Shown here: in pieces, positions 28,973-39,500 of the stretch | Numbering within the stretch: position 1 is the first letter of the stretch | How the letters are laid out: each line of letters starts with the position of its first letter | Made by a program: the position numbers and the translations under genes | The notes under the pieces: generated by a model | The model's input: the letters and a program-made list of their open reading frames with translations, nothing else | The model's database searches: none | Told to the model about the DNA's origin: nothing | Source: Calditrichales bacterium | Lineage (GTDB): Bacteria; Calditrichota; Calditrichia; Calditrichales; J004 | Assembly: GCA_965267575.1 (NCBI GenBank) | Contig: OZ254086.1 | Coordinates: 4,608,001 to 4,672,000, forward strand | Length of the DNA stretch: 64,000 nt | Reading direction: 5' to 3'

Positions 28973-30334
28973 TTATTTCAATAACAACATTTTCTTAAAC
29001 CGCACAAAATCCTCTGCATCCATACGGTAATAATAAACACCTGAAGAGAGCTCCCTGCCGTCAAAAACCTCTTCATGATATCCGGCGGTTAAATTTGCAT
29101 CAACAACATCTGCAACTTTTTGACCTAGCGAGTTATAGATGGAGACCTTTATCTGCCCGGCCTTCTGAACATAAAATGGAATCGTGGTTAGGGGATTAAA
29201 GGGATTGGGATAGTTTTGTCCAAGAATAACATCGATCGGGGTTATGGTTTCAGATTGCTCCACCCCTGTTACCACACCATTTACCTCAATATCATCGATA
29301 TACCAACCGGTACTTACATCAACGCTTCCGCCACCGGCGTTCGCAGAGTAAAAGAAAAAACCAATCTGAATTGTTTTTCCAGAAAATTCATCCAGCGGGA
29401 AATATGTGTTTGACCAAATACCCGAGCTTGTGGATACATATTTGCCGTTTTCGAGATCTTGCCATTCTCCGCCAGCAAACTTCCGTACCTGTACCTGACC
29501 ATAATCAGCAGCGTTGAAACTGAACCAATGCCAGAATGTCAAAGCTGGATTGGACGAGACCGGGGAAATTGTGATTGGCATACTTATGAAGCGGCTCCGG
29601 GCAGGGTCCTGATAATTACCTTTAAGGTTTGTGCCAATACAAACCGAATCTGAATGAGCTTCACTTGGACCAGCTTTTGGAACTCCACATTCCCAAGAAC
29701 CATATTCTGCCCCCCAATGCTGGACACCTGACAACCAGTTCTCAGGGTTATTGAAATGAGTAGCACCGCTGACCACTGATACTTCATCGATATAACAGCC
29801 GTAGTGGGTATCAGGACTACCACCACCTGCATTTGCCGAATAAAAGTAAAATGAAATCGTTACAGACTTCCCTGCATAGGAGTGTAAAAATGCAATGCCA
29901 GGACTCCAGGCTGAACTGCCATGAACCGCTGCATATTTTACACCAAGCTCTTCCCATTCTTGTCCATCCACTTTTATTTGAACCTGAAAATAGTCGGCTG
30001 CATGCAGATTAAACCAGTGGTAAAAGCGAAGATATGGATTTTGGCTGGAATCTGGCACGACAAAAGATGTATGTCTGATCAGCCTCGTGCTTACTCCATC
30101 AGAATAGTGACCACCCAAAACCGTCGCGGCACAGTTAGAATCCTTAAACGCTGAATTGGGGCCACTGGTGGGCAAGCCAATCTCCCAGGTTCCTGCTTCG
30201 ACGTGCCAGTCTTGTGCCCAGTCTTCTTCAAATCCTTCTTTCCACAAAGTGTCAATTTCTTGAGCACTTGATAAATTGAAAAACGTGATAGCATAAAAGA
30301 TAAGCGCTAGGCAAAAATTTCGGGAAAAGAACAT
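28973..30334 (-). CDS. Secreted protein with two tandem beta-sandwich (choice-of-anchor J/MAM-like) domains and sorting domain
   Basis: Internal duplication WExGxPxxGP...F.HWF...ADY.QVQ...FYSANAGGGS...YID; QNYPNPFNP. Confidence 0.82.
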   Translation of the reverse strand: MFFSRNFCLALIFYAITFFNLSSAQEIDTLWKEGFEEDWAQDWHVEAGTWEIGLPTSGPNSAFKDSNCAATVLGGHYSDGVSTRLIRHTSFVVPDSSQNPYLRFYHWFNLHAADYFQVQIKVDGQEWEELGVKYAAVHGSSAWSPGIAFLHSYAGKSVTISFYFYSANAGGGSPDTHYGCYIDEVSVVSGATHFNNPENWLSGVQHWGAEYGSWECGVPKAGPSEAHSDSVCIGTNLKGNYQDPARSRFISMPITISPVSSNPALTFWHWFSFNAADYGQVQVRKFAGGEWQDLENGKYVSTSSGIWSNTYFPLDEFSGKTIQIGFFFYSANAGGGSVDVSTGWYIDDIEVNGVVTGVEQSETITPIDVILGQNYPNPFNPLTTIPFYVQKAGQIKVSIYNSLGQKVADVVDANLTAGYHEEVFDGRELSSGVYYYRMDAEDFVRFKKMLLLK

Positions 30335-30400
30335 GACTCCTCCCTATTGTTATGTTGAGGTGAGTTTTAGGTATAATAGAAATTACTATTATTGCCGGGT

Positions 30401-30418
30401 ACTAACCTTAAGGGTAGT
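30401..30418. promoter_or_regulatory. 18-bp palindrome, putative NarL/LuxR-type operator 1
   Basis: ACTAACC-TTAA-GGGTAGT, 67 bp upstream of the start at 30334. Confidence 0.65.
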
Positions 30419-30437
30419 TTTAAGAATTTTTATACAA

Positions 30438-30465
30438 CAAAGAGGCGGACATGGCCGCCCCTTTG
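30438..30465. terminator. Probable intrinsic terminator
   Basis: aaaagaggcggac-at-ggccgcccc-ttt hairpin just past the stop at 30481. Confidence 0.5.
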
Positions 30466-30480
30466 TTTTTTGGGGGGATT

Positions 30481-31119
30481 TTATTCTTTTCTTTTCATCC
30501 AATTATTATAAGCAACCTCATCTTCACCTGGAACAACTAGTCTATATCCCGCACTTAGGCCAAACGCGATAGCAAGAACCTGTGTGGTCGTTTTAAGATA
30601 AGACACTTCATCGTTTGTTATGAAGTTGGATAGCATTAGGAAAGTTACGGCAAATCCCATATTGCCCAAAGCAGACTTAATGCGGCTAACGCTCGATCGA
30701 GAAGCAGAACTTTCCAAATCCATAATTTCCGCTATTTTCGGATAAATAATTCTCAGGCTATCGTTTTGTGTCTGAAGCGTCAGATAATCTTTCTTAAATG
30801 ATCGCATATAACCATATTCAGCGTGACCGGGATTAGTGCTTTCTACCTTCACTAAATCATGGAATTTTTTAAGCTGACTGATCTCCGTCGTAGGGCTCAG
30901 TTCAGCCCCGATATCCTGGTTGATGATATCTGCTCTCTCTAAGTGTAAAACGGCATCAGGAAGGGGGATTAACGCGGGAAGAAATATACTCACCCCAAGA
31001 GCGATACCTATGTTCACCAATTCTTGGTCATCTCCTTCCTGGGCCAGGACTTTTGCCGGGATTAAACTAATGCCTGCAAAGAGAAATATTGTGAATGTTT
31101 TTATCATGCGTGTTAACAT
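30481..31119 (-). CDS. Hypothetical membrane protein
   Basis: Signal-like N-terminus, hydrophobic segments, GGGGG RBS-like sequence. Confidence 0.7.
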   Translation of the reverse strand: MLTRMIKTFTIFLFAGISLIPAKVLAQEGDDQELVNIGIALGVSIFLPALIPLPDAVLHLERADIINQDIGAELSPTTEISQLKKFHDLVKVESTNPGHAEYGYMRSFKKDYLTLQTQNDSLRIIYPKIAEIMDLESSASRSSVSRIKSALGNMGFAVTFLMLSNFITNDEVSYLKTTTQVLAIAFGLSAGYRLVVPGEDEVAYNNWMKRKE

Positions 31120-31193
31120 ACTGCCCCCTGTTAAAAGACATGGCCTAAAGAAAATGAGTATTTAAAATCTAGGCAGACAGGGGGGAAGTCGGT

Positions 31194-31211
31194 ACTACCC
31201 CATAGGATAGT
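31194..31211. promoter_or_regulatory. 18-bp palindrome, putative operator 2
   Basis: ACTACCC-CATA-GGATAGT, 75 bp upstream of 31119. Confidence 0.65.
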
Positions 31212-31246
31212 TCTTAGCAGATTTCTCGCGGATTTAGATCAAAAAA

Positions 31247-32518
31247 CTATTTTCCCCAACCTGCTTCATGATACAAAAAATTAATTTCTTCAACCGTAAG
31301 TGCTCTATCATAGACACGAAGATCATCCAATTTGCCATGCCCATTACTACCGATGTATCCATTATGATTTGTGGACCCCATAGAATTCCCGCTTCCATCA
31401 TACGTTCCAGAATATTCAACTCCATCAACAAATACTTTCATTACATTGCTATTTTCATAAACTATGGTCAGGTTATGCCAGGCCAATGTGAGATTCGGAA
31501 TAACCGTAGTTTTAATTTTTCTGGTTAAGCTCGAAGGATATCCATTTCCAAAAGCGCAAATGACTTTATTCTCATCATGAACAAAATTAATAATAAACCC
31601 AGAATACCGTACATTTGGATCCCATTGATCACTAATAATAAGCCTAATAACCGATTCATTTTCCTTAAATAGCCAACCACTTACGGTAAATGGAAAACTT
31701 GGTCTTATTTTATTACCTATATTGATGTAATCATCTGAAGACCCGAACTGAAACGCTCGATCTTCGTTTCCAAATCTGTCTTTTACCAACGTGGCACCAT
31801 TTACAGCGCCATTATGGCCGTTTCCACTTTCATCATTAGCATTTCCATTAAAGGGCCAATATGCAATCAGGCCATCTTTAGGAATCGGATTCGGCGTAGT
31901 CTTAAATTCCCAGATATCGCTGGCGCTACTTAAGCCTTTGGTATCTTTGGCAATTACTTGCCAGTAGTAGGTTTCGGATGTATCAAGATTCTCCAGTGCA
32001 TATAATTCTTCTGTCAAATTTCCGGCATATAAAACGGGTGGACTTTGGGTATCAAAATATAAATCGTACGTAACGTTGTCTCCGTCCGAATCTGTAGACT
32101 CCAGCCAAGTTAAAATTATGCTTATTTCCTGATATTCTGATTTGTTTTGAGGTGAAACCAATTGCGGTTTTTTGGGAGGGCTGTTCCCGAGCATAATGCC
32201 TAAACGAATATCCGCATTCGCCGTTTTCCCCTCTTGAACACTTACATTAACGTTGCCCGAGGGAAAACCGCTTTTCGTTGCGGTAACAAGATATTCGCCT
32301 GGTTCTACATCATCAATTGAGTAGCTTCCATCACTGGACGTAGAAACTGAATTCGTCGCCGGAAATGTCGTGACTAGAGCGCCGCTTACGAACACATCTC
32401 CTGATTCATCGGATACTTTCCCACTAATTTTAGCTTCAGACGGTTCAGGGTCGGTACTCTTGCTGCATTGAAAAGCAATTATTAAACAGAACGTAAATAG
32501 AACTAATCCCCTTCTCAT
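31247..32518 (-). CDS. Probable lipoprotein: carboxypeptidase-regulatory-like + Fn3-like + LamG domains
   Basis: IAFQC lipobox-like; ISGKVSD..DGSYSI..PGEY; YYWQVIAKD; GLIAYWPFNGNANDESGNG; GKLDDLRVYDRAL. ATG 32518 preferred (track start 32533). Confidence 0.85.
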   Translation of the reverse strand: MRRGLVLFTFCLIIAFQCSKSTDPEPSEAKISGKVSDESGDVFVSGALVTTFPATNSVSTSSDGSYSIDDVEPGEYLVTATKSGFPSGNVNVSVQEGKTANADIRLGIMLGNSPPKKPQLVSPQNKSEYQEISIILTWLESTDSDGDNVTYDLYFDTQSPPVLYAGNLTEELYALENLDTSETYYWQVIAKDTKGLSSASDIWEFKTTPNPIPKDGLIAYWPFNGNANDESGNGHNGAVNGATLVKDRFGNEDRAFQFGSSDDYINIGNKIRPSFPFTVSGWLFKENESVIRLIISDQWDPNVRYSGFIINFVHDENKVICAFGNGYPSSLTRKIKTTVIPNLTLAWHNLTIVYENSNVMKVFVDGVEYSGTYDGSGNSMGSTNHNGYIGSNGHGKLDDLRVYDRALTVEEINFLYHEAGWGK

Positions 32519-32600
32519 AACACCCCCAAACAAATGCTAACATGATAAAGGCTATTCGAAATTGTTAAATTAAAAATAGAGACTATTTTTCAAGCAGATA

Positions 32601-32618
32601 ACTACCCGCAAGGATAGT
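32601..32618. promoter_or_regulatory. 18-bp palindrome, putative operator 3
   Basis: ACTACCC-GCAA-GGATAGT. Confidence 0.65.
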
Positions 32619-32642
32619 TTTATACAATATGATATATCAGGT

Positions 32643-33254
32643 TTATAGATTACTTTTTTTACGGGTGAGCAACTCCGGCAGGCTCGATACGTGCAGCTTA
32701 TTATAGATATTCTTTATGTGAAACTTGACCGTGGATTTAGCAATAAACAGCTCATTGGCGATTGTTTGGTAGCTTTTGCCCTGCTCAAGTTTCGATAAAA
32801 CCTGTTCTTCCCTGTCCGTAAGCGGATCGTGCTTTTCGCTTTTAAAAGAATCAGTAATCTTGCGGGCGATGGTCATACTCATTGGTGCGCCACCGCTTTT
32901 TATCTCTGTTAATGCGTCAATAAGTTTCTTTTCATCAACATTTTTTAAAAGATAGCCCGACGCGCCATTTCTAAGTGAATCAAATACCATGTCATTATCT
33001 TCATGGATGGTAAGCATCATTATCTCGCTATTTGGCAAACGCCTTTTTATTTCTGTCGCACCCAAAACACCGGACATACCGGGCAACGCAATATCAAGCA
33101 AAACTACATCCGGGTGTAACCGCTCCAACTCGGTAAATGAGTCTTCGCAATTTGTATAGGTACCCAGACAGCGAAACCGCGGATTGTTTTCAATCAGGGC
33201 CGCAAGACTTTGGGCATAATCAATATCATCTTCAATGATGCAAACGGAGGTCAT
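32643..33254 (-). CDS. NarL/LuxR-family DNA-binding response regulator
   Basis: IIEDD, LLDIALPGMSG, GASGYLLK, LTDREEQVL..TVKFHIKNIYNKL. Confidence 0.95.
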   Translation of the reverse strand: MTSVCIIEDDIDYAQSLAALIENNPRFRCLGTYTNCEDSFTELERLHPDVVLLDIALPGMSGVLGATEIKRRLPNSEIMMLTIHEDNDMVFDSLRNGASGYLLKNVDEKKLIDALTEIKSGGAPMSMTIARKITDSFKSEKHDPLTDREEQVLSKLEQGKSYQTIANELFIAKSTVKFHIKNIYNKLHVSSLPELLTRKKSNL

Positions 33255-33310
33255 AATAAAATCGCCAAATATTTAATGTTAATAGTTAGCGAGGGCCTTT
33301 TGAAAAAGAT

Positions 33311-33328
33311 ACTCTCCCTCAGGGTAGT
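33311..33328. promoter_or_regulatory. Degenerate 18-bp palindrome, putative operator 4 (overlaps kinase stop codon)
   Basis: ACTCTCC-CTCA-GGGTAGT, 57 bp upstream of the regulator start. Confidence 0.45.
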
Positions 33329-36306
33329 TTTAGAATAAGGATTATCGTGCTGCCGAAACCCGGTTTGGCCTTAATTTCAAAGTGCGCTCCAATTAGTCGT
33401 GCTCTCTCACGCATATGATTGAGGCCATTGGAATAATAAAGAGCGTCGGGATCAAAACCTTCACCGTCATCACAAAGGGTGAATGTAATTTGATGCTTTT
33501 CTTCCAGCTGAACGCTTAAAACTACATTCTTCGCAGTTTGCGCGTGTTTCAGGATATTATGCAATCCTTCCTTAAAAATACGAGAGATTTCCTGTCTTTG
33601 CTGTAAGCTAAGCTTGACCTGTTCCATTTTGGGGTCAAGACCGTAGATCTGAAAAGCGATTTCCTTATCCTCAAACAATTGATCGCTAAAGCTTTTTAAA
33701 TAAACCGCCAAATCATAAACGCTGTCTTTGTGCGGATCCAGCTCCCAAATAAAGCCGCGAACATCGTTAAACAACTCATCAGCATTATCGATGATTTTTT
33801 CAATTATTTCCTTTTGCTGGTCACTCCCTTTTTCAGACTTAAGCAATTGACTTTGAAGCTTTACGCGTGTCACGCGGTGACTCAATTCATCATGGAAGTC
33901 GTCGGCTATCTTTTTTTGTATACGCTCTTTCTCTTTCAAAATCATGCTTTGCAAAGCGAGCGCTTTACGAACCCGGAGACGATGAATGACCTCACCTGTT
34001 AAGGCCAACCCGGCCAGGCAAACGCCCAAAAACCACCAGCTTTTCCAAAATGGGCCGCGGATAGAAACGGGTACTACAGCCACGCTACTCCATGCACTGC
34101 CCGATGCTGATTTAACTTTAAACTCATAATCACCCGGTTCGATATCCTTATACACGGCCTCTCTACAGCCGCTGCAATGCTGCCAATCATTATCAAAACC
34201 CTCTAACATCCAGGCATAATGGACCTTATCCGGATTTTCATATTGAAAGCCATGAAAGCCGAATGTTAATACATTATCATAATGTGAAAAACGGAGTTCA
34301 CTCTTTTTATTAAGCGGTTGAGACAAAGCTATTTTCTTATTGTGAATTTTAACATATGTAATCCGTGATTCAGGTGGTTTGCTGTACTGGAAGTTGTCTT
34401 TGCCAATAGACACCAGGCCACCTGTTCCTCCAAAATAAATCAAGCTATCGTTAAGCTTTAATGAAGCACCAAGATTGAATTCTATTTTGGGGAAATCATC
34501 AGGATAGGAGAAATTTTCTATACTCATAGATTTTGTGTCAATTCGCGACAATCCCTTGTCGGTACTTATCCAAAGAATATTGTTCTGAAATCCTTTTTCA
34601 GTGGCATAAATGATATTGCCGCTGAGTCCCTGGCTTCTACCTATATGAGTAATCCCGCCGTTTGCATCGAGGCAATTAAGGCCGCCGCCATAAGTTCCGA
34701 TCCACAGGCAGCCAGCAACGGAATCGGGCAGAACATGTAAAATCGTATTACTTGCCAGCTTTGCCGCAGAATTATAGTTGAACGAAAAGACAACAGATTC
34801 TTTTGTGCGAGGATTGTATTTAATCAATCCGCGTCCCCATGTGCCCAGCCACAAATTTTTGTGACTATCTTTAGCAATGGTTACTATCCAACCTCTAAGG
34901 TCTGGAATGCCAGCGGATAACAAGGAGACTGTTTCGAGAACAGGTTCGCTTTTTTTCAAAGAAAGTCTTAGCAGCCCATTGCCGTTTGTGCCTATCCACA
35001 TAGTTGAGTCATCGTGAATCATCGAGTATATATTAATTTTGTCCCGCGGCTTAAAGTTTGCATTGACCGGCTGGCAAACGTTTGTTCTTAGGTCTAATTT
35101 ATACAGGCCATGATACATAGTAGCCACCCAAACAATAGAGTCCGCACAAGCGAGAACACGAATAGTTTTGTTATTAAGATTGTTAATTGAAAAGCGCCTG
35201 AATGAACCACCCTCCAAATCTATATATGTGATACCATGATTCGTTCCAACATGCACATTACCTTCGATTTCAAATAACTCCCAGATCTCTGTTGAAGGCT
35301 TTGAAATTTGTCTAAAGCCGAGCTGCCAATTGCTAAATTTAATTAGTCCATTATCCTTAATGCCTGCCCAAACAACCCCTGAGCGGTCCTGAAAAAGTGA
35401 GAGGATTACATCGTTTCCCAACTCATTGGTATCAAAACGAGTATGTTCGCTCAGGCTAATTCTTTGGTCGGCGGACGCAGTTATGTTATATACGAGCAGA
35501 CCACCGCCATCCGTACCAACCCAAAATTTCCCGTTTTTGTCTTCCAACAAAACCAATACCAGAAGAGGATCGACTTCCAGGCTCCTTATTTTGCCCTTGA
35601 GTAAATCCAGCTCAAAAACCCCACCGCCTGTTGTACCGACATAAGCTTTACCGGGAAAATGCTTTGAAGGTATTATATTTCGAACCGGCCAGTTAATATT
35701 TTCATCGAGTGGTCTGCTTTCGAGATTGCTATCCAGCCTAATCAAACCATTTTCCTCGGTACCAACCCAGATACCGGAAGTATCTGATAACAAGCAGTTG
35801 ATCTTTATCTCTTCAGATAATACAGTTTGCGTCGTTTCTCCGGTTGTCTTCATCAAGCCCAGGCCAATTGTCCCAAGAAGCTTCTCACCACTTGGCAAAA
35901 CCTCAATTGCAGTGACAGGCACATCACGCTTCAAAATTAATCTTTGTAATTCATCGCTGTACGGATTCAGAATGGTGACATGACGCTCCGATCCTATCCA
36001 TAGAACCCCGTCGTTATCCTGATTAATATTAACCAGCACATTATGACTGAGAGAATTCGGATTGCCTGGCTCAAAGAAGTAAGGTTGAATGTCTATTCCG
36101 TCGTAACGGTTAAGTCCATTCAAGGTAGCAATCCATAAATAGCCGGTGGAGTCCTGGAAAATATCAGTAACTGTGTTGTTGGAAAGACCATCCTGAGTGG
36201 TGATACGATCGGCAATGGTAAACTGGCTCCACAGCGGTTTAAAATTCAGTGTCACCAGAAAAATAGCAAGGCAACATATTCGTATGGTCGAAATAGTACT
36301 TGCCAT
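33319..36306 (-). CDS. Beta-propeller/Y_Y_Y sensor histidine kinase (HisKA_3 type)
   Basis: GLSNNTVTDIFQDSTGYLWIAT; IADDFHDE; EGLHNILKHA; DDGEGF; NGLNHMRERA. Confidence 0.93.
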   Translation of the reverse strand: MASTISTIRICCLAIFLVTLNFKPLWSQFTIADRITTQDGLSNNTVTDIFQDSTGYLWIATLNGLNRYDGIDIQPYFFEPGNPNSLSHNVLVNINQDNDGVLWIGSERHVTILNPYSDELQRLILKRDVPVTAIEVLPSGEKLLGTIGLGLMKTTGETTQTVLSEEIKINCLLSDTSGIWVGTEENGLIRLDSNLESRPLDENINWPVRNIIPSKHFPGKAYVGTTGGGVFELDLLKGKIRSLEVDPLLVLVLLEDKNGKFWVGTDGGGLLVYNITASADQRISLSEHTRFDTNELGNDVILSLFQDRSGVVWAGIKDNGLIKFSNWQLGFRQISKPSTEIWELFEIEGNVHVGTNHGITYIDLEGGSFRRFSINNLNNKTIRVLACADSIVWVATMYHGLYKLDLRTNVCQPVNANFKPRDKINIYSMIHDDSTMWIGTNGNGLLRLSLKKSEPVLETVSLLSAGIPDLRGWIVTIAKDSHKNLWLGTWGRGLIKYNPRTKESVVFSFNYNSAAKLASNTILHVLPDSVAGCLWIGTYGGGLNCLDANGGITHIGRSQGLSGNIIYATEKGFQNNILWISTDKGLSRIDTKSMSIENFSYPDDFPKIEFNLGASLKLNDSLIYFGGTGGLVSIGKDNFQYSKPPESRITYVKIHNKKIALSQPLNKKSELRFSHYDNVLTFGFHGFQYENPDKVHYAWMLEGFDNDWQHCSGCREAVYKDIEPGDYEFKVKSASGSAWSSVAVVPVSIRGPFWKSWWFLGVCLAGLALTGEVIHRLRVRKALALQSMILKEKERIQKKIADDFHDELSHRVTRVKLQSQLLKSEKGSDQQKEIIEKIIDNADELFNDVRGFIWELDPHKDSVYDLAVYLKSFSDQLFEDKEIAFQIYGLDPKMEQVKLSLQQRQEISRIFKEGLHNILKHAQTAKNVVLSVQLEEKHQITFTLCDDGEGFDPDALYYSNGLNHMRERARLIGAHFEIKAKPGFGSTIILILKLP

Positions 36307-36598
36307 GGCCTAAAGGCTTAAGAGGTTATATAGTAAGGTCGTTTGCAGAAGATATAAAAGCAAAAAGACGATTGAAAGAGTAAAAATGAAATGTGCACTC
36401 CAACTAAGCGTTGTCACAGACCAGTATTGATATTTTCGGCAGACAAGAATTTCGGTTTGCTCTTTTAGCCTACTTGTATTTCGCGACCAATCCAAATGGC
36501 GAACAAATCATTGGACGAGTCCCAGCGTGGGAAGAGTACTCGTGCCCCTAAAACAGCTTTCTTGCCGCTGCTAGTATCGGAAGTTCTTGACCCGCTTA

Positions 36599-39500
36599 TC
36601 AAGCTTTTTGTGGCGGTTTGCTGATTTGTTGGTTCTTTTTTGATTTGCGCTCTTCCAGCCACCTGTAAATTAAGGGCAATACCACCAGCGTAAGCAGCGT
36701 AGATGTAAAAACGCCGCCGATGACCACGGTGGCCAACGGGCGCTGTACTTCGGCACCCACTCCGGTGGAGATGGCCATGGGGATAAAGCCTGCCGCATCG
36801 GTAATAGCTGTTGCCAGCACCGGTCGCAGGCGCTGTTTGGCAGCCAAGACCACCGCTTGTCCGATCTGCACTCCCTCCCTGCTAAATTTACGGATGGCCG
36901 AAACCAGTACCTGACCATTGAGTACAGCAATCCCGCTGAGGGCAATAAAGCCCACCGCCGCGCTGACACTAAAAGGAATACCACGCAGCCACAGAGCCAT
37001 GACACCGCCGATGGCCGCAAAGGGAATCCCCGTATAAATAATCAGCACGTCCCTCCAGCGGCGCAGGCTGAAATAGAGCAGCAGAAAAATAAGCGCCAGT
37101 GTCAGCGGTATCACCAGGGCAAAGCGCTCGCGCGAGCGAATTAAATGTTCGAACTGCCCGCTCCATTCGATCACATAACCGGGTGGTAACTCAATTTCCT
37201 CGTTGATGCGCTGCTGCGCTTCTCTAACAAAGGAGGCTACATCGCGGTCACGCACGTTACACTGTACTTTTATCAGGCGTCGCCCCCACTCGCGGTTTAT
37301 GGTAGAGGGGCCTTCAGTTTCACGCACATCGGTCAGCATGCGCAGAGGCAGCAGCGCGCCGTTCTCTCCGGGAATCAGCGTGTTTGCCAGCGCTTCAGGA
37401 TCGCTACGCTGTGCATCGGGCAGGCGCACGGCAAGCGGAAAACGCCGCTGTCCTTCAAAGATATCACCCACGCGCCGCGTGCCTACTGCTTCAATCACAT
37501 CCAGCACATCGCGCGCCGCTATGCCGTGACGCTCTATCTTTTGCCGGTCCACTTCAACCTGCAATGTGGGCTGCCCGGTGATCTGCTCGCCGGAGATGTC
37601 CGCGGAACCCTCAATATCCAGTAAAATACGTTGAATATCATCGCTCAGGCGCACCAGTTCCTCAAAGTCATCTCCGAATATTTTAATACCCACATCGGAG
37701 CGGATGCCGGCCACCATTTCATTCAGGCGCATTTCAATCGGCTGTGTGAAAACCATGTTCAGTCCCGGCAGGTCACCCAGCACCTGCTCCATCTTTCTAA
37801 CCAGCTCCTCCTGAGAGTCGGCCTGCTTCCATTGATCGCGCGGGTGCAGCGCGATGAAGATATCGGTCAGCTCGGTGCCCATCGGGTCGGTTGCTACCTC
37901 GGCGCTGCCAACACGGCTCCAGATGTTTCTTATTTCATCTGGAAAGTTTTCCAGGAGCAGCTGCTCGATCAGGGTATTGTAGCTCACCGACTCACTCACG
38001 TCGACGCCGGCCAGCCTGATGGTGTTAATAACGATAGCCCCTTCTTTGAGCTGCGGAACGAATTCGCCACCGAGCCGCCCGCTTAAAAATATGGTCAATA
38101 ACAGCATCACCGCCACGCCGGTAAAAACGTAATTCCTGCGCCGCATAATACGCTCCAACAGCCGGGAGTAGCCGGAATCAATGGCTTGCATTAAACGCGA
38201 TTTGTTTTCACGAATACGTGCCGGCAAGACGTAGTAGGATAAAATCGGGTTCAGTACAATGGCAACTAACATGGCGCCAAGCATGGCAAAAATAAAGGTG
38301 AGCGCCATGGGCCGGAACATCTTACCCTCGATGCTTTCCAGCGTAAGGATAGGGACAAACACCAGCAAAATAATGCCCATGCCGAAGACGATGGGTCTCA
38401 GCACATCCTTACTGGAGGAAAGGATGGTAGCCAGGCGCTCCTTTTTGCTTAAAGGGCGACCCAGTTCTTTTTGCTTTTCGGCCATGCCGCGCATGTTGCT
38501 TTCGGTCATCACCACCGAGCCGTCGACGATGATGCCAAAATCAATGGCACCCAGGCTAAGCAGGCTGGCGGCAATGGAAAATTCGTACATGCCCAAAAAG
38601 GCAAACAGCATCGCCATCGGGATGGTGATGGCCACCAGCAGTCCCGCGCGCAGGTTACCCAGCAGCAGGAAAAGAACCAACACAACCAGGATGGCGCCGA
38701 TGACCAGGTTGTGCGTCACTGTGGAAATCACCTCATCCACGAGTTCAATGCGATCATAAACCACTTCCAGGATAACATCATCCGGTAAAGAAGCCTTTAC
38801 CGCCAGCAGACGTTCACGCAGTTCTTCGGTCACTTCCTTGCTGTTTTCGCCCATCAACATAAAACCGAGACCGAGCACGACTTCGCCTTCACCCTGTGCG
38901 CTTACCACACCGCGCCGGATTTCGTGTCCGATATTCACGTTGGCCACATCACGGACTCGCACAGGGATACTTTTCTCGGCTTTGATTACGATGTTTTCTA
39001 TTTGCTCGACCGTTGAAACCCGGCCGATCCCGTGAACCAGCAATGCCTCGCCCGATGTGACGACCTGGCCGCCGCCGACGTTATGGTTGTTCTCTTCCAG
39101 GGCACTGAAGATGTCATTAAAGGTCAGCCCGTATTCCACCAGTTTTTCTGGTGCTACAATGACATGGTACTGTTTTTCAAATCCGCCCCAGGAGTTGATT
39201 TCGGCCACGCCGGCGACTTTGCGCAGCTCCGGTTTTACTACCCAGTCGTGTAGAGTGCGCAGCTCGTCAAGCGTGCGTTCTGGGTTGTCAGAGCGGACCA
39301 GGTAGTGGAAAACCTCGCCCAGCCCCGTGGAGATCGGCCCCAGTTGCGGGCGTTCGATACCTTGCGGAAGTTCCACGCTGCCCAGCCGTTCCAATATCAG
39401 TTGGCGCGCATCATAAATATGAGTGTCATCATCAAAAGTGGCCACGATTTGCGAGAAACCGAACTTGGAGACCGAGCGGACATTGGTAAGTCCCGGTAAA

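Noticed and set aside
36465..36662. 65-aa ORF as a recombinase C-terminal remnant
   Set aside because: Only a vague resemblance, and it overlaps czcA; unsupported without a search.
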